This document shows, in pieces, positions 49,721-57,278 of a stretch of DNA of 64,000 nt. The stretch covers positions 873 to 64,872 of the forward strand of contig QHWQ01000313.1 of the NCBI GenBank assembly GCA_003222635.1, read 5' to 3'. This DNA comes from Acidobacteriota bacterium (GTDB taxonomy: Bacteria; Acidobacteriota; Vicinamibacteria; Vicinamibacterales; UBA2999). Every line of letters begins with the position of its first letter. Position 1 is the first letter of the stretch. The translations under genes were made by a program, and so were the position numbers. The notes below the pieces were generated by a model. The model was not told the origin of the DNA. It made no database searches and worked only from the letters and a program-made list of their open reading frames with translations.

Positions 49721-50029
49721 GTGCGTGATGATCGCGAACAGCAATTGCTGAAGGCCGTACTGAAACGGGCGACCGTCGACCGGCCGTTTCGAGAGGCGCT
49801 CCTGACGGATCCACACACGGCCATCGAACAGACGTTCGGGATCAAGATTCCCGTGCACTATCGCGTGCGCTTCGTCGAACGCGAGGCCGGTGTGGACGCG
49901 CTGATCGTGTTGCCCGACTTCAACCCTGGTGCGGGCGGAGGCAGCGACAACGGTTCCGAGGACCTCGCAGGCGGCAGGAACACCGGGGAAATGACGTGGT
50001 TTACAGAAGGTCGAGCCACCGATGAATAG
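49721..50029 (+). CDS. NHLP (nitrile hydratase-like leader peptide) RiPP precursor A1
   Basis: GTG start with AGAGGAG about 9 nt upstream. Leader QQLLKAVLKRATVDRPFREALLTDPHTAIEQTFGIKIPVHYRVRFVEREAGVDALIVLP is typical of the NHLP family. Double-Gly ...SEDLAGG, then the 17-aa tail RNTGEMTWFTEGRATDE. Confidence 0.8.
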   Translation: MRDDREQQLLKAVLKRATVDRPFREALLTDPHTAIEQTFGIKIPVHYRVRFVEREAGVDALIVLPDFNPGAGGGSDNGSEDLAGGRNTGEMTWFTEGRATDE

Positions 50030-50963
50030 CCCCATCTTTCGGCTGAGCGACTGCCCGCAGCACCTGACGTTCATCGACTGGGTCAAATCCGAGACGGATT
50101 GGCACGACGCCGAGTCGCGCGCGAAACCGCGTGGAAAGTATCCAACGCTCATCGAGCTCGAAGGCCCCGACTTCGACATGAGCGCCATCGGTGGCGCGGT
50201 CGTCGAGGCGATGGGACTCTACGGTGTCTACGGCTGGGCGACCAACGACGGCGCGCGATCGAATGGTTACGTCGGTTTCAGCCTCACCTACAACCCCGAT
50301 CACGAGGAGGGGATCGACGTCCACGCATCGCTGCTCGGCTCGGGCCGGTTGTCGAAGGACGAGTACTTCGCCCGTTTCACCTACCAGGACGCCAACGCCC
50401 GGACCCGCGGCAAGAACAGCTACGACGATACGTACGCCTTCAGGAAACGCACGCCGGCCAGCCGGCACAAGGCGCTCGGCGCGTTCATCGATCGGTTTTC
50501 GCGGCCGCTGCTGCGCAGCCGCGTGTCGGCGATGCGCGGCTCGCTCGGAGGGCAGCAGGCGATTGTCGGCGTCAAACATACGGATCCCAAACGCTGCGAC
50601 GCAGGCTGGCACAGGGACGAGCCGGTCTTCCTTCACCTCAGAGTGAACCTGCCGGTCATCACGCACCCGTCGTTCCGCACGCAGATTGAAGACACGGTGG
50701 ATGCGTTCCTCGAGCCCGGCAGACTCTACAGCTGGGACACCGATCTGCCACATCGGCCGATCGCCACGGAGCGAATCGACAAGGTTCGCATCCATCTGGT
50801 CCTGGGCTTCTCGCCGTGGCTCGATTATCTCGAAGAGGAGCAGGCCTACGTGCTCAACGAGTACTACGGGCGGCTCCATCCGTTCGACATGCTCAACGAA
50901 GGTCTGATCTTCCCGGGCACCCGCATCGCGACGAAGAACTCGATGGAGGTGTCGCTCACATGA
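50022..50963 (+). CDS. Putative Fe(II)/2-oxoglutarate-type cupin oxygenase (Asp/Asn beta-hydroxylase-like), low-confidence family call
   Basis: 313-aa ORF overlapping the A1 stop by 8 nt. Candidate facial triad in GWHRDEPVFLHLRVNLPV...YSWDTDLPHRP (HxD...H), laid out like AspH-family cupins. Assignment rests on motif resemblance only. Confidence 0.45.
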   Translation: MNSPIFRLSDCPQHLTFIDWVKSETDWHDAESRAKPRGKYPTLIELEGPDFDMSAIGGAVVEAMGLYGVYGWATNDGARSNGYVGFSLTYNPDHEEGIDVHASLLGSGRLSKDEYFARFTYQDANARTRGKNSYDDTYAFRKRTPASRHKALGAFIDRFSRPLLRSRVSAMRGSLGGQQAIVGVKHTDPKRCDAGWHRDEPVFLHLRVNLPVITHPSFRTQIEDTVDAFLEPGRLYSWDTDLPHRPIATERIDKVRIHLVLGFSPWLDYLEEEQAYVLNEYYGRLHPFDMLNEGLIFPGTRIATKNSMEVSLT

Positions 50964-51108
50964 ATAGAACCCGGTCTCTACTCGCGACGGAGACCGTCGA
51001 CCGGGACGCCGATGGACGGCGAATCCGGCGATCGATCCTGCTGGTATGGATTCTGCGGACCGCAGCACCACGCGTGTCGTACACGTGATCGCGCGAAGGA
51101 GAAAAAGC

Positions 51109-51435
51109 ATGGCAAATCGGTCAAAGCCGACGACTCGGAGAGAGCTGGAGACGGCGATTGTCGTCAAGGCGATCAAGGACGGCGAGTTCCGTCAGAGGCT
51201 GCTGAGCAATCCACGCGAAGGCGTTGTGGCGGCGGTCAAGGAGATCGATCCGGACTTCGAGATTCCACAGGGCATCGACGTCAAGGTGTTCGAGGAGCCG
51301 AAGAAGGCGTTCTACCTGGTGCTCCCCCAGACCCCGACGGACAACATCGAGATCTCGGACGAAGACCTCGAAAAGGTGGCGGGTGGCATCTTCACCGACC
51401 AGTGGGGGGATGCCACGGTCATCATCGGCTACTAG
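51109..51435 (+). CDS. NHLP RiPP precursor A2 (divergent leader class)
   Basis: ORF 51046..51435. Likely start MANRSKP at 51109, preceded by AAGGAG. Leader ELETAIVVKAIKDGEFRQRLLSNPREGVVAAVKEIDPDFEIPQGIDVKVFEEPKKAFYLVLPQTP. Double-Gly ...DEDLEKVAGG, then the 15-aa core IFTDQWGDATVIIGY. Confidence 0.85.
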   Translation: MANRSKPTTRRELETAIVVKAIKDGEFRQRLLSNPREGVVAAVKEIDPDFEIPQGIDVKVFEEPKKAFYLVLPQTPTDNIEISDEDLEKVAGGIFTDQWGDATVIIGY

Positions 51436-51464
51436 GCACCGGACAGCGAACCGATGGGTTGCCG

Positions 51465-51508
51465 GGGTCCTACGTCTGGAGAGCCGTACGACCCCGCGTT
51501 TCCTTTTA
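51465..51508 (+). terminator. Candidate intrinsic terminator/attenuator just downstream of precursor A2
   Basis: GGGGTCCTACG (51465-51475) pairs with CGTACGACCCC (51486-51496): 11 bp with one mismatch and a 10-nt loop. It is followed by the T-rich GCGTTTCCTTTT. Confidence 0.4.
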
Positions 51509-51543
51509 CCTCGACCCGTCAGAAGCCAGGCACGAGCTCGCGA

Positions 51544-53646
51544 ATGACTGACGTCTGCCTCGTACAGATGCCGTACGCGCTGGTGAACCGCCCCTCGCTG
51601 GGGTTGAGCCTGCTGAAGTCCTATCTCGAGACCGCGGGGCTGAGCACGCGCATTCTGTACGCGAACATCCTGTTCGCCGAGGAGATCGGGCTCGACGTGT
51701 ATCGCGCGGTGGAGGAATCGCCGCCGCACGATCTGCTGGGCGAGTGGACCTTCTCGGAGGCGGCGTTCGGCGCTGGCTGGGGCGATCCCGACGCCTACTT
51801 CCGGCTCATCGCCCGCAGCTTCGGCGATGCGCACATGAAAGTCCTGCGGCGCTTCCACCCCGGCGTCGATCTCAAGCAGCTCTTTCTGCTGCTGCGGCAA
51901 CGCGCCGTCGACTTCGTCGATCGCTGCGCCCGCGACGTCATCGATCGCTCGCCGCGCATCGTCGGCTGCACCTCGATGTTCCACCAGCAGGTCGCATCGC
52001 TGGCCCTGTTGCGGCGCGTGCGGCAGCTCGATCCGAACGTCATCACCATGCTCGGCGGCGCCAACTGCGAAGGACCCATGGGGAGGAAGACGGCCGAGCT
52101 GTTCCCATGGGTGGACTTCGTCAACTCCGGCGAAGCGGACGCGTACATTGGCTCCTTCTGCCGCCGCCTGGTGGACACCGGCCTTCCGGCCGGCGTCGAG
52201 GAGCTCCCCGAGGGACTGTTCGGGCGGGCGCGCCGCCGCGCCTCCGATGCGCCGCCGCGAAATGGCCCGCGGCGGCTCCCTCTCGCCGGAGAGGCGGCGG
52301 AAGGCCGGACCGCGCCCCGGGCCGTCGTCCACAATCTCGACGCCACCGCCGTGCCGTCGTTCGACGAGTACTTCGAGGCGTTCGCGAAATCCTCGTTCAT
52401 CGATTACGTCACGCCGACGCTGCCGATCGAAACGTCCCGCGGCTGCTGGTGGGGACAGGTGAGCCACTGCACGTTCTGCGGTCTCAACAGCTCGGGCATC
52501 GTCTTTCGATCGAAGTCGCCGGACCGGGTGCTCTTCGAGATGCGCTATCTCTCCGACCGCCACGGCGTCCGTCGCTTCGAGACGGCCGACGAAATTCTCG
52601 ACATGGCGTTCCTGAAGACCGTGCTGCCGCGGCTGGCCGACGAGACGCCGTACACGATTTTCTACGAGGTGAAATCGAACCTCAAACGCGATCAACTGGA
52701 AGTGCTGGCGAAGGCGGGCGTGCGCGAGGTGCAGCCCGGGATCGAGAACCTGCACGACGAGATGCTGAAGCTGATCGCCAAGGGCAACACCGGCCTGATG
52801 AACATCCAGTTCCTGAAATGGGCCGCGGAGCTGGGCATGCGAGTCGGCTGGAACTTCCTGTTCGGCGCGCCCGGCGAGTGCGATCACTGGTACCAGGAGA
52901 TCGCCGAACGCGTTCCGCTCCTGCTTCATCTGCAGCCGCCAGGGTGCGTCTCGCGAATCGGCTACCACCGGTTCAGCCCCTATCACGACGATCCCGCGCG
53001 CTTCGGCATCAGCCTCGATCCGCGCCGCGCGTACGGCCACGTGTATCCCGTGGCCGCCGAGAATCTCCGCGACCTCGCCTACTACTTCGAGGACTACGGC
53101 GACCGCTCCCGCGGCGAGATCGAGCCCGCGTTGCCGGGCCACGACAGGCCGGGTCTCAGAGCAGCGGCGGCGGCAATCCGACGCTGGCGGCATGCGTTCT
53201 ACAGCTCCACGCGCGAGCGCCCGGTCCTGGTGGCCGAGCCCTCCAGTGCCGGACTGCTCGTGCGCGACACCCGGCTCGTGGCGACGGCGCGCGAACATCG
53301 TCTCGAGCCGATGCCGGCCACGGTGCTGAGACTGTGCCGTACGGCGGCCACGGAAGCCTCGCTGCGCAGCAGCCTGGACGCGACGGCAGGCCGGACGATC
53401 TCGTCTGCCGAATTGCACGACACGTTGAGCGACCTGCAGAACCGAAAGCTGATCCTGCAGGATCGCGGACGCTTCCTCAGTGTGGTCCTCGACACGATGC
53501 GGCCGCTGCCGACGCATGCGGAATCCGCCGCGGGAGAAATCCGCACCGTCGATTTCGCGCGGCACTTCGCCGCGCGCAGTCTGGCGCGAGAGTGCATCCG
53601 TCTCCCCCAGGACGTCCCCGTCCCGGAGCTGTTCTCGGTCTCGTAG
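51544..53646 (+). CDS. Cobalamin-binding-domain (class B) radical SAM RiPP maturase, paralog 1 (TIGR03975-like)
   Basis: ORF 51454..53646, likely start MTDVCLVQMPY at 51544. B12-like N-domain (VGCTSMFHQQVASLALLRRVRQLDPNVITMLGGANCEG) and cluster motif ETSRGCWWGQVSHCTFCGLN. Followed by EVKSNLKRDQLEVLAKAGVREVQPGIENL. Confidence 0.8.
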   Translation: MTDVCLVQMPYALVNRPSLGLSLLKSYLETAGLSTRILYANILFAEEIGLDVYRAVEESPPHDLLGEWTFSEAAFGAGWGDPDAYFRLIARSFGDAHMKVLRRFHPGVDLKQLFLLLRQRAVDFVDRCARDVIDRSPRIVGCTSMFHQQVASLALLRRVRQLDPNVITMLGGANCEGPMGRKTAELFPWVDFVNSGEADAYIGSFCRRLVDTGLPAGVEELPEGLFGRARRRASDAPPRNGPRRLPLAGEAAEGRTAPRAVVHNLDATAVPSFDEYFEAFAKSSFIDYVTPTLPIETSRGCWWGQVSHCTFCGLNSSGIVFRSKSPDRVLFEMRYLSDRHGVRRFETADEILDMAFLKTVLPRLADETPYTIFYEVKSNLKRDQLEVLAKAGVREVQPGIENLHDEMLKLIAKGNTGLMNIQFLKWAAELGMRVGWNFLFGAPGECDHWYQEIAERVPLLLHLQPPGCVSRIGYHRFSPYHDDPARFGISLDPRRAYGHVYPVAAENLRDLAYYFEDYGDRSRGEIEPALPGHDRPGLRAAAAAIRRWRHAFYSSTRERPVLVAEPSSAGLLVRDTRLVATAREHRLEPMPATVLRLCRTAATEASLRSSLDATAGRTISSAELHDTLSDLQNRKLILQDRGRFLSVVLDTMRPLPTHAESAAGEIRTVDFARHFAARSLARECIRLPQDVPVPELFSVS

Positions 53647-53649
53647 CCA

Positions 53650-55167
53650 GTGGGGAAGCACGCGATGACTGCGCCGATTGCGGAGCGAACACGGGCCGAT
53701 GCGCAATGGAGCCCGGCGCGCTATAGCGTGCTGTGCCGGATGAAGCGGTTCTTCGAGCGCTACGACGGCGACGCGGAGTTTCGCGTCCGCTACGAGCAGA
53801 ACCCGCGGCGGGCGCTCGCATCCGTCGCTCCCGATCTCGCCCTCGAGGACATCCGGGCCGTTCGCAGCGTACCGCGCCATCCGCCCGCGAGCATCGTCGA
53901 CGACGTCTCGCTGCCGCCGCTCGCCCGCGACTACTGCCGCTTCGTGCTCGAGCGAGCGCTGCGCTTCAATCGGCTGCGCGCGGAAGCGGGGCCGCTCGAT
54001 CCGCGTTTTCGCGGCTGGCGCCGCCGCCGCATGCTGCAGGCCGAGGACGAGCTCGGTTCCGAGTTCTCACAGATGTTGCTGTTCTCGACGGCCGCGTTCG
54101 AGCTGTCGAAGGGTTGCAGCGTCGGTTGCTGGTTCTGCGGAGTCTCGGCGCCGCGCCTCGAGGATCACTTTCGATATACCTCCGTGAACCGGCGCCTCTG
54201 GCGTGAGGTGCTCGAGGCCATGATCGACCTCGGCGGTCTCGAGGCGATGCACATCAACTTCTGCTTCTGGGCCACCGACCCGCTCGACAACCCCGACTAC
54301 GAAGCGTTCGCTGACGACTACCGCGCGATCGCCGGCGCGTACCCGCCGCTGACGACGGCGCTGGCGCTGCGCGACCCGGAGCGGACGCGCCGGATGCTCG
54401 ATCGGTTCGATGCCGATGTGTGCCGGTTCTCGATCCTGACGGTTCCGATGCTCGACCGGCTGCATCGCGAGTTCACTCCGGAGGAACTGGGAGGCGTGGA
54501 CCTGGCGCTGGTCACTCCAGGATCCAGGATGATCAAGGCGAACGCGGGCCGCTTCCGCGAGCGCGCGGCCGCGCACCCCGAGCTGCTGCAGGTTGAGCGC
54601 GGCAAGCGAAGCGCGCGCCGTGAATTCTTTCAAGGTCCCGCCGATCGCGGCGAGGACGTGCCGGGCACCATCGCCTGCGTCGCCGGATTCCTGATCAACA
54701 TGGTCGAACGGCGGGTCCGTCTCATCAGCCCCTGCGCGGCGTCGGAGAGGTGGCCTCTCGGCTTTGTCCTCTACGGCGATCGCCGCTTTGAGGACGGCCG
54801 CGACTTCCGGCGCGTCTGCGAAGAGCTGGTGTGCGAGCACATGTTCACGCGCTGGCCAGCCGGCCGTGCGGTACGCTTCCGGCCCTCGCTTCACTTTCAC
54901 CCGCTCGGGTCGGGTTTCGAGCTGCGCTCCACGCACCATCGCTGGTCGATCGAGGCCGCCTGGCAGGGCGCCGCCTGCCACGATCTTGGCGCCTGGATCA
55001 ACGACGGATGTCACCAGCCGGGCGAGCTCACGGAGCTGCTCCTCGAGCGCCACTTCGTGTCCGCCTTTGAAACGGAGAAGCAAATCAGTCAACTGCTCCG
55101 CGAGGGCCTGCTCGACGAAGAGCCGCCGCCGCGCGCCGCCACATCTCCATCTCAGGGAGCGCCATGA
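53650..55167 (+). CDS. Radical SAM enzyme with an N-terminal extension of about 150 aa (possible peptide-modifying maturase)
   Basis: Canonical CX3CX2C in FELSKGCSVGCWFCGVSA at about residue 155. No B12 domain and no obvious SPASM Cys cluster. 505 aa (alternative start at 53665). Confidence 0.65.
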   Translation: MGKHAMTAPIAERTRADAQWSPARYSVLCRMKRFFERYDGDAEFRVRYEQNPRRALASVAPDLALEDIRAVRSVPRHPPASIVDDVSLPPLARDYCRFVLERALRFNRLRAEAGPLDPRFRGWRRRRMLQAEDELGSEFSQMLLFSTAAFELSKGCSVGCWFCGVSAPRLEDHFRYTSVNRRLWREVLEAMIDLGGLEAMHINFCFWATDPLDNPDYEAFADDYRAIAGAYPPLTTALALRDPERTRRMLDRFDADVCRFSILTVPMLDRLHREFTPEELGGVDLALVTPGSRMIKANAGRFRERAAAHPELLQVERGKRSARREFFQGPADRGEDVPGTIACVAGFLINMVERRVRLISPCAASERWPLGFVLYGDRRFEDGRDFRRVCEELVCEHMFTRWPAGRAVRFRPSLHFHPLGSGFELRSTHHRWSIEAAWQGAACHDLGAWINDGCHQPGELTELLLERHFVSAFETEKQISQLLREGLLDEEPPPRAATSPSQGAP

Positions 55168-57278
55168 TGAGCGATGTCGTTCTGGTACAGATGCCGTACG
55201 CGTCGGTGCAGCGTCCTTCGATCGCGCTCGGGCTGCTCAAGAGGTATCTCGTCGACGCGGGCATCACCACCACGGTTCTCTACTCGAACATCGCGTGGGC
55301 CGAGGAGGTCGGACTCGACATGTACCGGCTCTCGGATGGGACGCTCACGCCGCACCTGGTTGGCGAATGGACGTTCGCGGGCGCCGCGTTTCCCGGCTTC
55401 GAGCCCGATCACGACGCGTTCTTCCGCCTCATCAGAGATAACGCGACGATGCCGTACTTCCTCAAGATTCGCGCGCTGCATCCGGGCGCGACGATGGCGG
55501 CGGTGCTCGAGGAAGTGCGGCGTCGCGCCGACGGGTTCATCGACAGGCTCGCGCGGAGCATCGCCGCGCGCCGTCCGCGGATTGTCGGCTGCACGTCGAT
55601 GTTCCAGCAGCACTGCGCCTCGCTTGCGCTGCTGCGCCGTATCCGCGAGCTCGATCCCGGCGTCGTGACCATGATGGGCGGAGCCAACTGCGAGGGACGC
55701 ATGGGCGACGCGACGCACGCCGCGTTCGACTGGGTCGACTTCGTCGTCTCGGGCGAGGCCGACGGCTTCTTCGCGGCGCTGTGCGGAGAGATCCTCGAGC
55801 ACGGGCGCGAGGTGCCAGCGGCGATCCTTCCCGAGGGCGTGGCCGGACCCGTGCACCGGCGGCAGGCCAGCGGCGCGCGGGGTGCCGCCACGCAGGCCCC
55901 GCGAGCGAATGCGTTCATCGCGCTCGGCGCCCCGCCGCAACCGATCGGACGACCCGTGGTCCACAATCTCGACGACACGAGCATTCCCGACTACGACGAG
56001 TTCTTCGATGCGCTCAATGGTTCGCCGGTGCGCGACTACGTCGAACCGGGTCTGCTCGTCGAGACCTCGCGCGGCTGCTGGTGGGGCGCCAAGCATCACT
56101 GCACGTTCTGCGGGCTCAACGGCTCGGGCATCGTCTATCGCTCGAAGTCGCCGCAGCGCACGCTGACGGAGATCGAGCAGCTGACGGAACGCTACGGCGT
56201 CCGGCAAATCGAGTTCGTGGACAACATCCTCGACATGGGATACGTCGACACCGTCCTGCCGACGCTCGCCGCGCGCGACGAACCGTTGTCGATGTTCTTC
56301 GAGGTGAAGGCCAACCTGAAACGGAAGCACGTCGAGGCCTTTGCCAGAGCCGGCATTCGAGCCGTGCAACCGGGCATCGAAAACATGCACGCCGAGGCGC
56401 TCAAGCTGATCGACAAGGGCAACAGCGCCGTCATCAACGTGCAGCTGATGAAATGGGCGAGGGAGCTCGGCGTCGACGTCCACTGGAACTTCCTCGTCCT
56501 CATACCCGGCGAGTGCGACGAGTGGTACGAAGAGATGGCCAGCTGGCTTCCGCTCGTCCAGCATCTGGCGCCGCCGATGAACGTCGTCAGGCTGCGGTTC
56601 GATCGCTTCAGCATGTACCACGAACGGCCGGAGCACTGGGGACTGACGCTGGCTCCGTACCGGACCTACTCGTATGTCTATCCGCTGCCCGTCCAGGCGC
56701 TCTCGGACCTGGCTTACTTCTTCGAGTCGAAAGAGGATCTGGCGCGAGATGACCTGACGCCGGAGATGATGGCCGCGCTGCGTCCCGGCCTGGAGGCAGT
56801 CCGGACATGGGTGTTCGACTGGATGCGATTGAACAGGCGTCCGAGCGACCAGCGTCCGGTCCTCACGATGGCCGATGACGGTGACGCGATCCGTATCAGG
56901 GACACGCGCTCAATCGCGACGCGCAGCGATCACGTACTGCGCGGGCTGTCACGTCTGGTCTATCTCACCTGCGATGACGCCATTGCCGCCGACGGTCTGG
57001 TCGGCGCGCTGAATCGGCGCTTCGATTGCTCGGCGACGTGGACTGACGTCGCACCAGTCGTCAACGATCTGGTGGCGAACAAACTGATGCTCGCGGTCGA
57101 GTCGCGATACCTGAGTCTGGCGACGGTCGAAGGCCGGGATGCGGCCGCGAGTCTGATCTCGCCGTTCGGCGGACTCGATTTCGAACGCGCGGCCCAGGAC
57201 CTGGGTTCGCGGAGCCTGGCCGAAGCCTGTCGCTACTTGCCGGAGTCCGTCACCGTGCAGGAGCTCTTTGCCGTATGA
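55164..57278 (+). CDS. Cobalamin-binding-domain (class B) radical SAM RiPP maturase, paralog 2 (TIGR03975-like)
   Basis: MMSDVVLVQMPYASVQRPSIALGLLKRYL, VGCTSMFQQHCASLALLRRIRELDPGVVTMMGGANCEG, ETSRGCWWGAKHHCTFCGLN. Collinear with 51544..53646. The start overlaps the upstream stop. Confidence 0.8.
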   Translation: MMSDVVLVQMPYASVQRPSIALGLLKRYLVDAGITTTVLYSNIAWAEEVGLDMYRLSDGTLTPHLVGEWTFAGAAFPGFEPDHDAFFRLIRDNATMPYFLKIRALHPGATMAAVLEEVRRRADGFIDRLARSIAARRPRIVGCTSMFQQHCASLALLRRIRELDPGVVTMMGGANCEGRMGDATHAAFDWVDFVVSGEADGFFAALCGEILEHGREVPAAILPEGVAGPVHRRQASGARGAATQAPRANAFIALGAPPQPIGRPVVHNLDDTSIPDYDEFFDALNGSPVRDYVEPGLLVETSRGCWWGAKHHCTFCGLNGSGIVYRSKSPQRTLTEIEQLTERYGVRQIEFVDNILDMGYVDTVLPTLAARDEPLSMFFEVKANLKRKHVEAFARAGIRAVQPGIENMHAEALKLIDKGNSAVINVQLMKWARELGVDVHWNFLVLIPGECDEWYEEMASWLPLVQHLAPPMNVVRLRFDRFSMYHERPEHWGLTLAPYRTYSYVYPLPVQALSDLAYFFESKEDLARDDLTPEMMAALRPGLEAVRTWVFDWMRLNRRPSDQRPVLTMADDGDAIRIRDTRSIATRSDHVLRGLSRLVYLTCDDAIAADGLVGALNRRFDCSATWTDVAPVVNDLVANKLMLAVESRYLSLATVEGRDAAASLISPFGGLDFERAAQDLGSRSLAEACRYLPESVTVQELFAV

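Noticed and set aside
49568-50188. Minus-strand ORFs 49568..50188 and 59366..60148, which share the peptide ERTIYRIEAWRYR
   Set aside because: The shared peptide is simply the antisense translation of the duplicated DNA segment upstream of precursors A1 and A3. The plus-strand reading (a remnant of gene 58754 plus the NHLP precursors) explains the conservation.
50964-51108. A 7-bp hairpin (CGGTCTC-N11-GAGACCG, about 50973-50997) after the cupin gene, as a possible terminator
   Set aside because: The stem is short, the loop is long and no T-tract follows. This is not distinguishable from chance in GC-rich DNA.
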